Below, piece by piece: positions 1 through 10,466 of a stretch of 64,000 nucleotides of DNA. The translations under genes were made by a program, and so were the position numbers. Under the pieces are notes generated by a model. It saw only the letters and a list, made by a program, of their open reading frames with translations, did no database searches and had not been told where the DNA came from. How positions within the stretch are numbered: the first letter of the stretch is position 1; each line of letters starts with the position of its first letter. The stretch is taken from contig BAAIJX010000019.1 of the NCBI GenBank assembly GCA_054600435.1, forward strand, positions 1 to 64,000. The letters are read 5' to 3'. This DNA is from Neophaeotheca triangularis. Lineage: Eukaryota.

Positions 1-123
1 TTTTAAAAAAAAAATTTTTTTTTTTAATTTTTTTTTTTTTAACAAACCACAAAAACACCTTTTCTTTTATTAAAAAAAAAAAAATTAAAATAAAAAACCC
101 CCCCCCCCCCCCCCCCCCCCCCC
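1..123. other. Homopolymer run block (T/A runs then about 26 C), probable contig-end or sequencing artefact
   Basis: Almost entirely T, A and C runs. The poly-C (poly-G on the minus strand) abuts normal sequence 22 nt after the stop codon of the first gene. Confidence 0.75.
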
Positions 124-145
124 AATGTCGTCTCCTTCGTCAAAA

Positions 146-3100
146 TCATTGGTACCAAGCATCCTCATCATACTCCAGCGCATTCATAACATTCCAAGGT
201 AGCAACCCATTCACGACCCTCTGCCGTCCCATCCCCGCGGCGGTCCCTCCAACAGCACCCATACCCCCAACAGCAAAGCCCGCACTCGTCGACGGCACAA
301 AACCTGCCGAACCGGGCGGCATCGGATCAATAGAAGCTGAGTCCGGAGCTTGCAAGCCCGCCGTCGGTAGCCCCATGCCATGAGGCGCGCCGGGATTCCC
401 TACCATGCCCCCTCCTGCCGCTCCGGCAGCCGTGGCAGCATCTTCCCCCCATGTCGCTGGGTTGAATTCGAGAGGCGCTTGCCAGTTTTCGAACCCCGCT
501 GCGTAGCTTGCTTGCTCTCTATATGCCCATTCTTGGGAATCGCGGAGTAGTTGTTCCACGCCCCCAAACATGTCACTTGGGCTGGCGTGGTGCTTGGCCG
601 AATGAGGGGGGGTGCTTTGGTGTTGGTGAGTCGTTTGCGGTGTGTTGGTTGCAGAAGGGGGGATAGAGGCGCCAAGGGTGTTGGCGTCCCCGGGTGGGAG
701 AGGATAGTTGGTGTGCTGGCTGTGGGGACGGAGGGCTCCGCTCGACGCGGTATTGTTGGACGAAGTTGCTCCTTGCACGGGCACGGAAGTAGGGGTGAGG
801 TAACTACTCATTGGCGGTATACTGCTTGCGTTCCTCCAGGCACTGTTGGCGTCCAGCTGTGATGGATTGAATGGGGTCGAATAAGTGTTGCGCTTCACAT
901 CTGGCGAGGTCATCTCGGCGTTGAAGGGCCCGAATTTGGCGTCTGTACGGGCGAGTACGGCGGCCGCTTCGTCTGGTAGTTGCACGGCCCACTTTCGTGC
1001 GAGTAGACTGAGAATGCCCAACGTTCGTCGCGCACACAACCAGCCCTCTGCTATCTCTTCCAGATGTTTGACGCCGTGTGTGATATCCCGTCGAGCGTTT
1101 TTCTCGGGTAGGTTGAGCAGATGAATCGTGCAGGCCGAGTGAGCGATGTATACGGCAATGTTGCAGATTTGCCTCAGACCGTGGGAACGCTTGTAAAGCC
1201 GAAGCAATTTCGAGATCATGGCCGCTGCCTGAGTACACAGTTTCCTAGGACTGACATTCTGTGGCAGTGGCGACGTGGCTTGAGTGTACTTCAAAAACGG
1301 CCGAAAGAGGTGTATGAAGAGGATCTGAAAGAACATACTGCAGACAAGAGTTAGCGTGCGATCCGGTTCGTTCAGCCAAGCACTTTCACTCACTGCATAG
1401 TGAGAACGCTTGAGAGACCGCCTTCTCTAGGCTCCAACTCCTTTGGCAGGTCTCTCCGCCAAGCTTCCAGTCGTGTATGGATGTCGCTTAGTTTCTTCAG
1501 CTCAGCCTGTTTGCCCTTTGTCTTTTCCATATCGGATGGATTGTAAAAGTGTCCCATCAGGTCATTGCTGATCTCGCACAGCTTGGTGATTTGCAAAGCC
1601 ACTGCTCTCGTCCGCGCAGGTTGTGACAAAGACTGCGTAAAGCCAGAATCGGTGTAAGGAGCCCAAGAAGAGGAGTCCTCGTCTGGGAACACCTCTGGCT
1701 TTGGTGCTGTAATCATAGGTCTGGGTAGCTGAGGAAGGCGGCCTAGATAATTTGACCAGCATTTGTCGAACAAGAAGCAGCCCCAGAATGTGATGCGTCT
1801 GGCATCCTCTTCAGCTTCGTCAGGATTGGCATGCTTGTTGGATGAGAGCTGGCCTGAATCGAGGTTCAAACCCATATCGCAGGCCATGCGGAATGACATT
1901 CCGCTGTACACCCATCCCTTCGCTTCACGTCCGCAGCCTGCCTCTCGTACTGACATGAGCGCTAATGCCTGAACGGTCGTCAACTTGGGCTTTTCGTGCT
2001 CGTCGTTCTCCATGATGAGACGTTTGGCTTCGCGGAAGAAATGATCGCCAGCAGTCGCCGAGTCTTCTGGAACATCGCGCCCGCCTGCATGTGATGTGAA
2101 ATGGCAGCCAAGGGCCAGTACAGCATTGACAAGCAGCGGCGTGCAATACTCAGTCTTCCGTCGATTGTTCGGTGGCGGCTTTCCCAGCATGAAGTCCCGA
2201 TAGAACAGTGTCTTCGAGAGAGTCGTGAAGAAAGTGTAATGCCAGGTGAAGTACATGTTCAGCAGATGCACCACTAATTCCGCGTCATCAGTAACGGATG
2301 TCCACGACGTGATAGGGTTCTCCTGCTGATTGTACTCGTCGACTTTTGGCGCGACGCCGTCTTCAGCGCTCAAATGTATCAGATTAGACGTTCCTCCGAT
2401 ATACCGCACGCTCCCGTCGTCCAGCCGTAGCTCTCCCATCTTGCCGTAGAGCTTGGTCTCGAACGTTGGGGCTTGAACAGCACCAGCTCCCGGTATGTCT
2501 GGGTAGGTATCCTCGTCATCTTCAACATCCTCCCCATTCTCTTTCGCATCGACCTTTTCGGCGACGTCGTCCAAGCTCTCGCATGTTCTAATCTCCCGTA
2601 CCAGCGCCGGAACATCTTCTTCAGAGTAGTTGAGAATCGCCTGGATCAAAGTGTGCAGCGTCGAGTTCCTCGTCTTATCAAGCCCATCCTGCTCGGCGTT
2701 CTTGTACACGCCTTTCCGGCGATGATCAGAGTTGGGATCGTAAATGCAGTCCGTTCCGTAGACCTGACAACAAGCGGCACATGCGGGTAAGTTACCGTCG
2801 CACTTGGACTTGCGCTTCCTGCAGACAATGTTAGCCTTGCCAAATCGGATACTCGTACGTAAGAAGACAGCCTCAACCAATGTCACGGGTAGAGCAAGGT
2901 GACAGGCTGATGGGACAGGCATGGCAGTTGACGTACCGACAGGCTATGCATGCCGTCGACACGCATCTCCGCTTTGACGTATCGTCCTCGTCCTCCTCGA
3001 CCTGCTTTTTCCGCCTGCTGCGCTGCTTGGGCTTACCACTGGCGGTCAGGGTGGTAGTAGCGGTGGTGGCAGCATCGTTGCCATCGCCAGCCTCGCGGGA

Positions 3101-3166
3101 TTTGGCCTGGCTTGGTTTGAGGTCGGCCGAGTCAGAGGCGATGTTCGGCACAGCGCCCGAGTCCAT
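146..3166 (-). CDS. nirA: Zn(II)2Cys6 transcription factor, NirA/NIT-4 (nitrate assimilation regulator)-like; 3 exons: 3166-2937, 2818-1394, 1337-146
   Basis: The spliced product rebuilds ACIACRKRKSKCDGNLPACAACCQVYGTDC (Zn2Cys6), a fungal TF middle homology region (EARRITFWGCFLFDK) and HMFFQILFIHLFRPFL. Introns 2936-2819 (GTACGT..GCTAAC..CAG) and 1393-1338 (GTGAGT..GCTAAC..CAG) keep the frame. Confidence 0.85.
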
Positions 3167-4113
3167 GAGTCCCAATGTAGGAAGCCCGTCTTTCAGTCGC
3201 TGCGTCCCATTTCCTCACTCAGTCGCGCGGGTCCGAGGAGATGCACGAGAAAGGCAGGTCACGGACGGTACCTATAAGCTTTCCAGTGCGACAAGTCTAG
3301 CCTATATTATTAAGTGCTACCTGCCCTTGCGCCGTCGGTGCGGGCTTGGTTTCGGTGAAGTGGATGTTGCGATGGAAGAAGCGAGGTTTCTGCCGTCGAT
3401 GGTCGGAGAACCGATCGTGAAGGTGTTGCAGGATATGGATATCATACTGCTGACAAAGTATGAGTTACTGCTGTTCCGTCTCGACTATCGAGTCGACCTC
3501 AGAGTCTGGGCTGGGCTGCCTGGGCTCTCTTCCAAAAGGCAAGACCTGCTGCCAAATCACACATGTAAATGGCCGTTCATTGGTGGTTAAGGTTCCGCTA
3601 TCAACGTCTGCTGCTAATCCGATCTCGGAAGCCTCTGTTTGGATGGTAGAGGTGGGATGAAGTGGTGTCGCAGAGGCTTGGCTGGAGATATGAGCTGGAT
3701 GAGTTGGACATCGTCAGGAAGGTTAAGGTACAGCCAACAAACAATCATAGAGAATTACGTTAGATACAGTGTTTGTGGCGAGCTATGAAAGCAGGTCAAG
3801 ATACGTAGGTGCACCGCTGCAGTAAGGTTACGTTGATCGTGGCAAGTCATGAGGACCTCGAATTGACAAAGCACGTACGTGGTATCGGGCGAAACGAAAC
3901 ATTCCACTCATGCTTGTGCATGTGTGCGGAACGGAAAGAAGAAGCTCTTGTCGTGGAATGTAGCAGCGGGAGGTATATTCATGGAATCAAGCCAATATCA
4001 TGCTATCATCCGGCCTCGCTCGTCTCATGTCCTTTTCCGCTTGACCCTTCTCTCATGGCCGTACCCAAATAGCCCCTGACCTCTCCAAACCCCTGAAATC
4101 ATCCTCATCCCCT

Positions 4114-4678
4114 CTAGTTGTGCTGCTTGATAGCCGCCTCCAGCGCAGCAGGGTTGGCACCAACGACCTCGGTAACCTTCTCGCCGTCCTTGAAAAGGAC
4201 AAAAGTGGGCATGGCACGGATACCCAGCTCCTGCGCAACGTCGGGAACTTCGTCAACGTCAATCTTGTAGAAGCGCGCGTCGGTGTAGGTGTCGCTGAAC
4301 TTGACGACTTGGGGCGCGATGACCTTGCAAGGCCCGCACCATGTGGCGAAGCAGTCGAGGACCATCAGGGTGCCCTTTTCGTTGACGGCGGTGTCGAAGT
4401 CGGCCTTCCTGTTGGGTGGTGAGGGGTGTTAGAGGAATGGGCTTGTGTTGAGTGTTATTTGGCTGGGCATGCGGTAGAACGTACGACTGCAGGTTGTGGA
4501 CACCTTCTTTACCCATTGTTGCTGAGAAAGCTCTTTTGCTGGTGTTGCTCAAGAAGACGGACTGGCTAAGTGGGGATTGCGCAAAGGTGGTCCTGGTGGT
4601 GAGGGGCTTGCTGAAGCTTTTGAAAGCACTACTTTGGCCTGTGAAGAGTGTGCGGCGGAGGGTGTTTGCTGCAGACAT
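4114..4678 (-). CDS. Thioredoxin (WCGPC) with an N-terminal presequence-like extension; second in-frame ATG at 4516; intron 4484-4409
   Basis: Splicing GTACGT..CTAAC..CAG joins [11 protein letters not shown] to [32 protein letters not shown], followed by [22 protein letters not shown]. Confidence 0.95.
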
Positions 4679-5113
4679 GTACGTTGGATGGAGGGCTTCG
4701 CTAGATTATATGTAAGGTCCGGTAGTGGGCTGCGAGACCCGTTTCTGTGAGGAATGGAAGGTGGGAGGCGACTTCGGATGACGCTATCCGCTTATGAAAG
4801 CAGAGATGCCTCATTATTAAGGCAGCAAAGATTCTTCGAGAGTGCTTGGTGAGCATATCGATCACGCCTCACTCACTCAACAGTGATACCTATGCTTTTA
4901 GTCTTATCCCCATACGCCGGACATGGTGCTCGATCTCTAACTGTCGTGTCAGGTCCAGTGATAGAGTACCTGACTATAACTCTTAATGCACAACGGAAGC
5001 AACGCTAAACAACGGACTCTTCGAATATCTTACATGAAACAGAACATAGTCACCGCTATGTAGCCGCCACAAGAGACGTCCAAACGCAAGTTGTTCGATC
5101 CATACCCACACCT

Positions 5114-7123
5114 TCAACCCTCGTCATTCCTTTTATCGGCATCCTCAGAAGCTCTCTGCCAGTTCGTCCGATAAATGTAGACGTGCTCCAGCACACAAAC
5201 CAAAAACAGTGCAATAGCAGGCCCGAACCACAGCCCAAACAGATCCCAGTGGAGCCCAAAGCCCGTGCCGAAAGAAATGGGCATAGCAATGACATAGTAT
5301 GCGAATAGAGCCACGTAGCCACCTACTTCCTGGAACCCTAGGCCCCTGAGCAAACCACCGTATATCGCGCCTAGCGCATCGAAGAGCTGAAAAGATGCGA
5401 CCAGGGGTAAGATCTTCGCCGTTAGCTCTACCACCTCGTCGTCTGAAGTGTAGAGATGGGGTATCTGATGCCGTAACGCCATCATCCAAATGCCGTTGAA
5501 CAGTCCCAAGCCGGTACCAATGATGAGAGCCACTCTCGCGCTGACTTTGGCGGCATCTGGTAGTGTTGCGCCGATCAGGTTGGCTACACGGGTCGAAGCT
5601 GCAACGGAGACGGGAAAAGGGAGTTGGAATGTTAGCACTGAAAGCGACATCAGCACTGTTTGCGCTGCTAAGTGCGTGGAGGAGATCCAGGATGAGGAGA
5701 GAGTGAGGAGTTCGAAAGCGAGCCATTCCGCCAGCACCATTAATAGACCCGGTAGAGCGAGGCGTATCATGGGACCCCAATTCCGGAAGGCTTTATATGA
5801 GAAGCCTGGCCAGCATTCCAACCCGATGAAGAGGCGCACGTGGAGGAAGAGGAAGAGGGTCATGAGAGTCTCTGTTACGATCACTGCGATGGGACAGCCG
5901 ATGAAACCCCACTCGAACTTCCAGACGAAAAGCCAGTGCAAGAGGACATTTATCGGAGCACATACCATCAAGACATACATCGTTGCCTCGAAATTCCCCG
6001 AAGATTGGCAATACCGTTTTGCACTCTCGAACAAAGCGTAGCCAGGAGCGCCAAGGATAAGGACTTTGAGGTATTGACCTGCCTTCTCGGCGACTTCTTG
6101 TTCGGGGACGATCGCGCCCAGGATAGTGCCCCCGAAAAACCAGATAGTGGCAATGGGGATGGTGACGAGCCAGAGAAAGTAGACCATGCGCTGGAGCTGC
6201 AGACCGACGAGCTTTTTGTTACCAGAGCCATATGCTTGAGCGCAGAGGGTATCGAGACTGGTTGAAAGGCCCTGGTAGACGGCGTAACCGGTGATATTAG
6301 CTGTCATACTGCCCAGCGACACCGCTCCAAGCTCAATCTTCCCTATGTGGCCAACCGTGAAGATGGAAGTAAGGGTCAAGCTGTTTTGTAGGAAGAAAGT
6401 CAAGATCAGTGGTCCAGAATATCGAGCCAGCACCTTGCTCTCGCGCTGCCAGGTCGTTTGTATTTTTCCCGCAAGGACCGCATCCTCCCACTTTTTGTCG
6501 ATGTTCTCCGGGGTGTCTTCGCCCTCGTACGGCGCTGACGGGTCGTGGCTCGGCAAAAGAGCGGTGGTTTCGGACGCTGGTAGCGCTTCGCCAACGGCAC
6601 CCTCTTCCTCATCGTGCGTGCTCTGTTTCCTGCGAGGGATAGAGAAGCCAGGCACAGATACCCTCCTCCCAGACCGGTGTGTGCTAGAAGTGCTCGATTC
6701 CTTCCGAGGATGTTTCGGTGGTATGAGTTGATTATCTCTCAGCAAGCTCCTCTCCTCGCTGATAGCCGCATCATAGTCCTGCTCCATAGGTACGACTGCC
6801 TCAGTCTGCTGTGTTCCGAAGAATGGTCGTGGACCGCTCGCCACATAGCCCGGCCGTCTGTAGCTGCCCGCCATGGAATGCGTACCCAAATGTACCCTCT
6901 CTTGCGTCGTAGAACGGCTGAGCGTCGTCGTGCTGTCATTGTCGGCGTGTCGGTCGCCTGAATGCTCTTCATCTCCGTCGAGATCCCGCGCGATGGACTC
7001 CTCCGCTACAGTAGCGATGTTTGACTGCCCATGCTGGCTCCGATATGACGCGGCCAACCCTCTCGATGCCCGCTCTTGTGAACCCCTACTCCTGCTCCTC
7101 TCGATACTCGTCGGTTTGCTCAT
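5114..7123 (-). CDS. MATE-family efflux transporter (eukaryotic Erc1/YDR338C type) with a long hydrophilic N-terminus
   Basis: Motifs GLSTSLDTLCAQAYGSG, LALPGLLMVLAEWLAFE and ASTRVANLIGA, plus about 12 hydrophobic segments. Intronless 669 aa. Confidence 0.92.
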   Translation of the reverse strand: MSKPTSIERSRSRGSQERASRGLAASYRSQHGQSNIATVAEESIARDLDGDEEHSGDRHADNDSTTTLSRSTTQERVHLGTHSMAGSYRRPGYVASGPRPFFGTQQTEAVVPMEQDYDAAISEERSLLRDNQLIPPKHPRKESSTSSTHRSGRRVSVPGFSIPRRKQSTHDEEEGAVGEALPASETTALLPSHDPSAPYEGEDTPENIDKKWEDAVLAGKIQTTWQRESKVLARYSGPLILTFFLQNSLTLTSIFTVGHIGKIELGAVSLGSMTANITGYAVYQGLSTSLDTLCAQAYGSGNKKLVGLQLQRMVYFLWLVTIPIATIWFFGGTILGAIVPEQEVAEKAGQYLKVLILGAPGYALFESAKRYCQSSGNFEATMYVLMVCAPINVLLHWLFVWKFEWGFIGCPIAVIVTETLMTLFLFLHVRLFIGLECWPGFSYKAFRNWGPMIRLALPGLLMVLAEWLAFELLTLSSSWISSTHLAAQTVLMSLSVLTFQLPFPVSVAASTRVANLIGATLPDAAKVSARVALIIGTGLGLFNGIWMMALRHQIPHLYTSDDEVVELTAKILPLVASFQLFDALGAIYGGLLRGLGFQEVGGYVALFAYYVIAMPISFGTGFGLHWDLFGLWFGPAIALFLVCVLEHVYIYRTNWQRASEDADKRNDEG

Positions 7124-7967
7124 GCTCGACTAATTTTCTGCACCTTGCATAGCTCTCAAAAGAAATATTGGGAGATTTAGCCCTAGCAGCCACGCTGGAA
7201 AAAGAGGGATAAGGATAAGAGTAGAGATGCTAAGAGTACCTACGAGTGGTCGCGAGAGATAAGAGAGCTACCACAGCTATTGCATCCCAGCTGCAATAGG
7301 TAAGGTAGTGAGTGACCGGTGAACGGTTCTAATGTAATGATCGACGTGCGGGTCTAAAAGTTCTAACAGTTGCCTGCAGAGAGCTGGTTGTCGGCAACTT
7401 GAATCTTTACAGTTTGGCGCACGGTTAGGCCCGAGCCTGGGGGAAGAGCTAGGTACTTTATACGGCTGTTTTCGGAAGGTACCTATCAATGTACCAAGGG
7501 GTACCACGACCATGGACATGACATATAACGATTGCAAGTGCTTGTGATTATTGACGAGACAGTACCGACCAGCTCGCTTAACTTTCTCCCCCGCCCCTCT
7601 ACTCGAGTCTTCACTTGGGCAACACCTTGTCAGCCTCTTGGTCTGTGCGCAGCGCTCAGCGGTGTAATTCATCCAACATTGTCAGCACTAGCTGGGTTAG
7701 CGTGATGGCAGATGCGCCCCCGTGCTAGGAAATTCAGTTGCAGTCGATTGGCTGTGTGATGACGGTGGTAGCTACACCTTGTCCAGATCGTACGCCTGAA
7801 TGCTCAGATATGCGGCGTGGACAACAGCGACTCATGCGTACAGAGCAGAGGTAGGTAAACAGGACCAGTAACAGAAGGCTTTTGAACGAGCAAATCGAAG
7901 CCGAAGAAATCGCCTTCCAGAGACACCCTGAGTCCTCTCAATACCCAACGCACGCGCTCCTCCAAAG

Positions 7968-8546
7968 ATGGCCTCTCGCACCACCCTAGACACTCCCGCC
8001 CTCCGTTCCAAATCCCTCCGCATGAGCTACCGCATCGCACGCGGCGAGCAAGGCGTCCTAACATTCGAGCCGTATAAATCGCTCCTCCTACCCCTCTGGC
8101 GATTCCGCACAATCAGCATCGCCAAAACCTCCTCAGCCGAGCTTTGGCGCGCGTTCCAAAACTACGTCGCAGCCGGCGACTTCGTGGGAGCAGACATGGC
8201 GCGCAAGTTCATACAAATGGGCATGACGCGGGCGGCGCGGTACGCGAATCACCAGGGAGGGAGGAAGTATGAGAGCGATGGGGAGGGGGGTAAAAGGGAG
8301 AAAGAGAAGGGTAAGGCTTTTGAGGGGAGGGAGGAGAAGAGGGGCGCGAGTGAGGTCTTCAAGGCAGTTTGGAAAAATTGTAGGGAGTACGAGGAGTATT
8401 TGAGGTTGAAGGGGGAGTTTCAGAGGGAACAGAAGGAGTGGGATAAGAGTCAGAAGGGAAAGGTGAAGAGGGAGAACGCTAAGGGCGACGATCTTAAGCA
8501 GGAGATCAAGGATGAAGATGTCAAACAGGAGGAAGAGGCCGGATGA
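7968..8546 (+). CDS. DUF4385-family protein
   Basis: Recognisable family motifs YRIARGEQGVLTFEPYKS..LP.WRFRT and DFVGADMARKFIQMGMTRAARYANH.GGRKY; charged C-terminal tail. Confidence 0.8.
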   Translation: MASRTTLDTPALRSKSLRMSYRIARGEQGVLTFEPYKSLLLPLWRFRTISIAKTSSAELWRAFQNYVAAGDFVGADMARKFIQMGMTRAARYANHQGGRKYESDGEGGKREKEKGKAFEGREEKRGASEVFKAVWKNCREYEEYLRLKGEFQREQKEWDKSQKGKVKRENAKGDDLKQEIKDEDVKQEEEAG

Positions 8547-8932
8547 AGCTTGGGAAGAGTCATGATCAAATTAAGCTATTGAGAATGCTCGGAGGAACAC
8601 TGTTCGAAGGAAGTTGCCTGGCCACATAACGCGTGGTACTGGTCCGCCTCGGTTCCGCTCTCCATCACCAAGCGCCGGAGACCCAATGTCTGAGACCACG
8701 AGTCCCCATCGAATCTTCGCATGCAAGTATGCTGCCTCGTTCAAGGCAAATGTTGAACTCGCGGGGAAGCTTCATGATTCTCACCGCACGTCGAAAAGAG
8801 GATGCAAAGGGGGCGGAGCTTTCTCATCGGCATGGGCACGTCGGCGCGTCCTTGTTCGAGCTGAACGGTGCTTCAATCATCAACCGCGTGCTTTTGACTT
8901 CATGTCGACGGCACGGTACATCCTGAGCAGCT

Positions 8933-9420
8933 TCAAGTTATCGGGTCATATGAATGCATCTGCTCTGGTTAGATAGATTTCACGACAGCCTCAGGGGGTC
9001 ATTACTCACTGCATTAGCGAAACCAACCCACTCCTCCAGACTCTTTACAAAGATATCGTCCTCGCCAGGAACACTCTCATGACCCCAAACAGATATCCCA
9101 TCAAACGTAGCAGTCTGATCCGCAACTTTTGTCTCGACCGCCCGACTCTCCTCCCCATCAATGGCCTCTTCCTCTTGGGGTGATGCAGGCATTACCCGGT
9201 CCGTCTTCTGCAGCACAACACCTTCGTAGCCTTCAGGCATCTTCAAGGTTTTGCCCTGCAATTTGCGGCCCCTAAAGTGAGCAGTGCGGGATCCATCTGC
9301 CTCTTTCCTTGGATTCCAGTAACGGTCTGCTATGTCTATCGGTCCATTGTGTTTGATCGCGCACGGCAGGACGTTTGGCGTGACTTTGCGGCTGTCGTTG
9401 GTCTTGTTGATGGCGAGCAT
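8933..9420 (-). CDS. RNH203: Ribonuclease H2 non-catalytic subunit C; intron 9009-8960
   Basis: Motifs PNVLPCAIKHNGP, AHFRGRKLQG, PEGYEGVV and TFDGISVWGHE..P. Splicing GTGAGT..CTAAC..CAG gives the C-terminus EWVGFANAMHSYDPIT*. Confidence 0.88.
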
Positions 9421-10466
9421 GTTGAGTGGTCTTCGTGCTTTCGTGTGTTGATCGCAGACCTTCGACTCGAGCTGGATGCATTGAAGTTGCGTCCACGCGA
9501 GACGCACGCGTCAAGCTTTGACCGAAAGCGAGCGGGAGAAGGTGGGCAGATCGCCGAAGCGAAGCGCGATGGGATCGTGAACGTGGGAAGGAGCACCGCC
9601 TGCCTTGTTTCAACCTCACCTCTCAAATGACTACACCTACCTTACCTTGGTCGTCGGTGACATATCGCTCTTGTACAACCACCTCCAACCACCATTCCGA
9701 ATCGAATCAACTCATGCCAGGGCATGGTTCAAACTTCACTCGGAGTCAGGTCCTTTCTGTGCCTGCCAAGCGATACCGATCTACGAGCTGCCCCGCTCCA
9801 CGACACGATCGCGGGGCTGGACGCATGTGTGGATAAGGTACCTTACCTACCTTGGAGCTCCATGTTGATTTTTCCGTCGTTATGCTGAGTCCGTTATTCG
9901 AAAACAAAGAACTCATTAATGCGAGGCGTATACATACTCTCGCATTTCGATACGCGTCATGATTATCAGCGATGAGACTTCGCGACAAAGCAATCAGGCA
10001 CAAAAAAGCAAACGAAGGCGACCCCATCCTTCGGCGGAGGCTTTACCCTTCCCGGCTGTTCATGACGCGCTGCATGCATTGCATCAACAATTTGCGAGCT
10101 GTGCGTGAAGACGATGCGACAAAACGGAACTGAACAATTCTCACCCCCCGTCATTTTCAAGATACGGCTTTTACGGACGTAGGAAAGACCGGTGTCGTAT
10201 CTGCCCTGGTTGCAGTTCATTGGTCTACCGGTCCCCGGGGTCTCGAGGTAAGGTCCATTATTGCCGATTTCATCATCGCAGTGGGTCTATCCTCTGTTCC
10301 GCGCGCGAGCGATTAGCCTTCTATTCTCAACTCCCTTCGACTCTCTTTTGCTTTGACATCCGGCCTCTCGTCAACCTCTCGAAGCTGTTTGAGAGCAGCC
10401 GTCACGCTCTTGCCGTTATACGCAGCATTATCTGCCACTCGCCAATCTCTTCTGCGCAGGACTGCC

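Noticed and set aside
146..7123. Nitrate assimilation cluster around the NirA-like gene
   Set aside because: No nitrate or nitrite reductase or nitrate transporter in the window; the left side is truncated by an apparent contig end.
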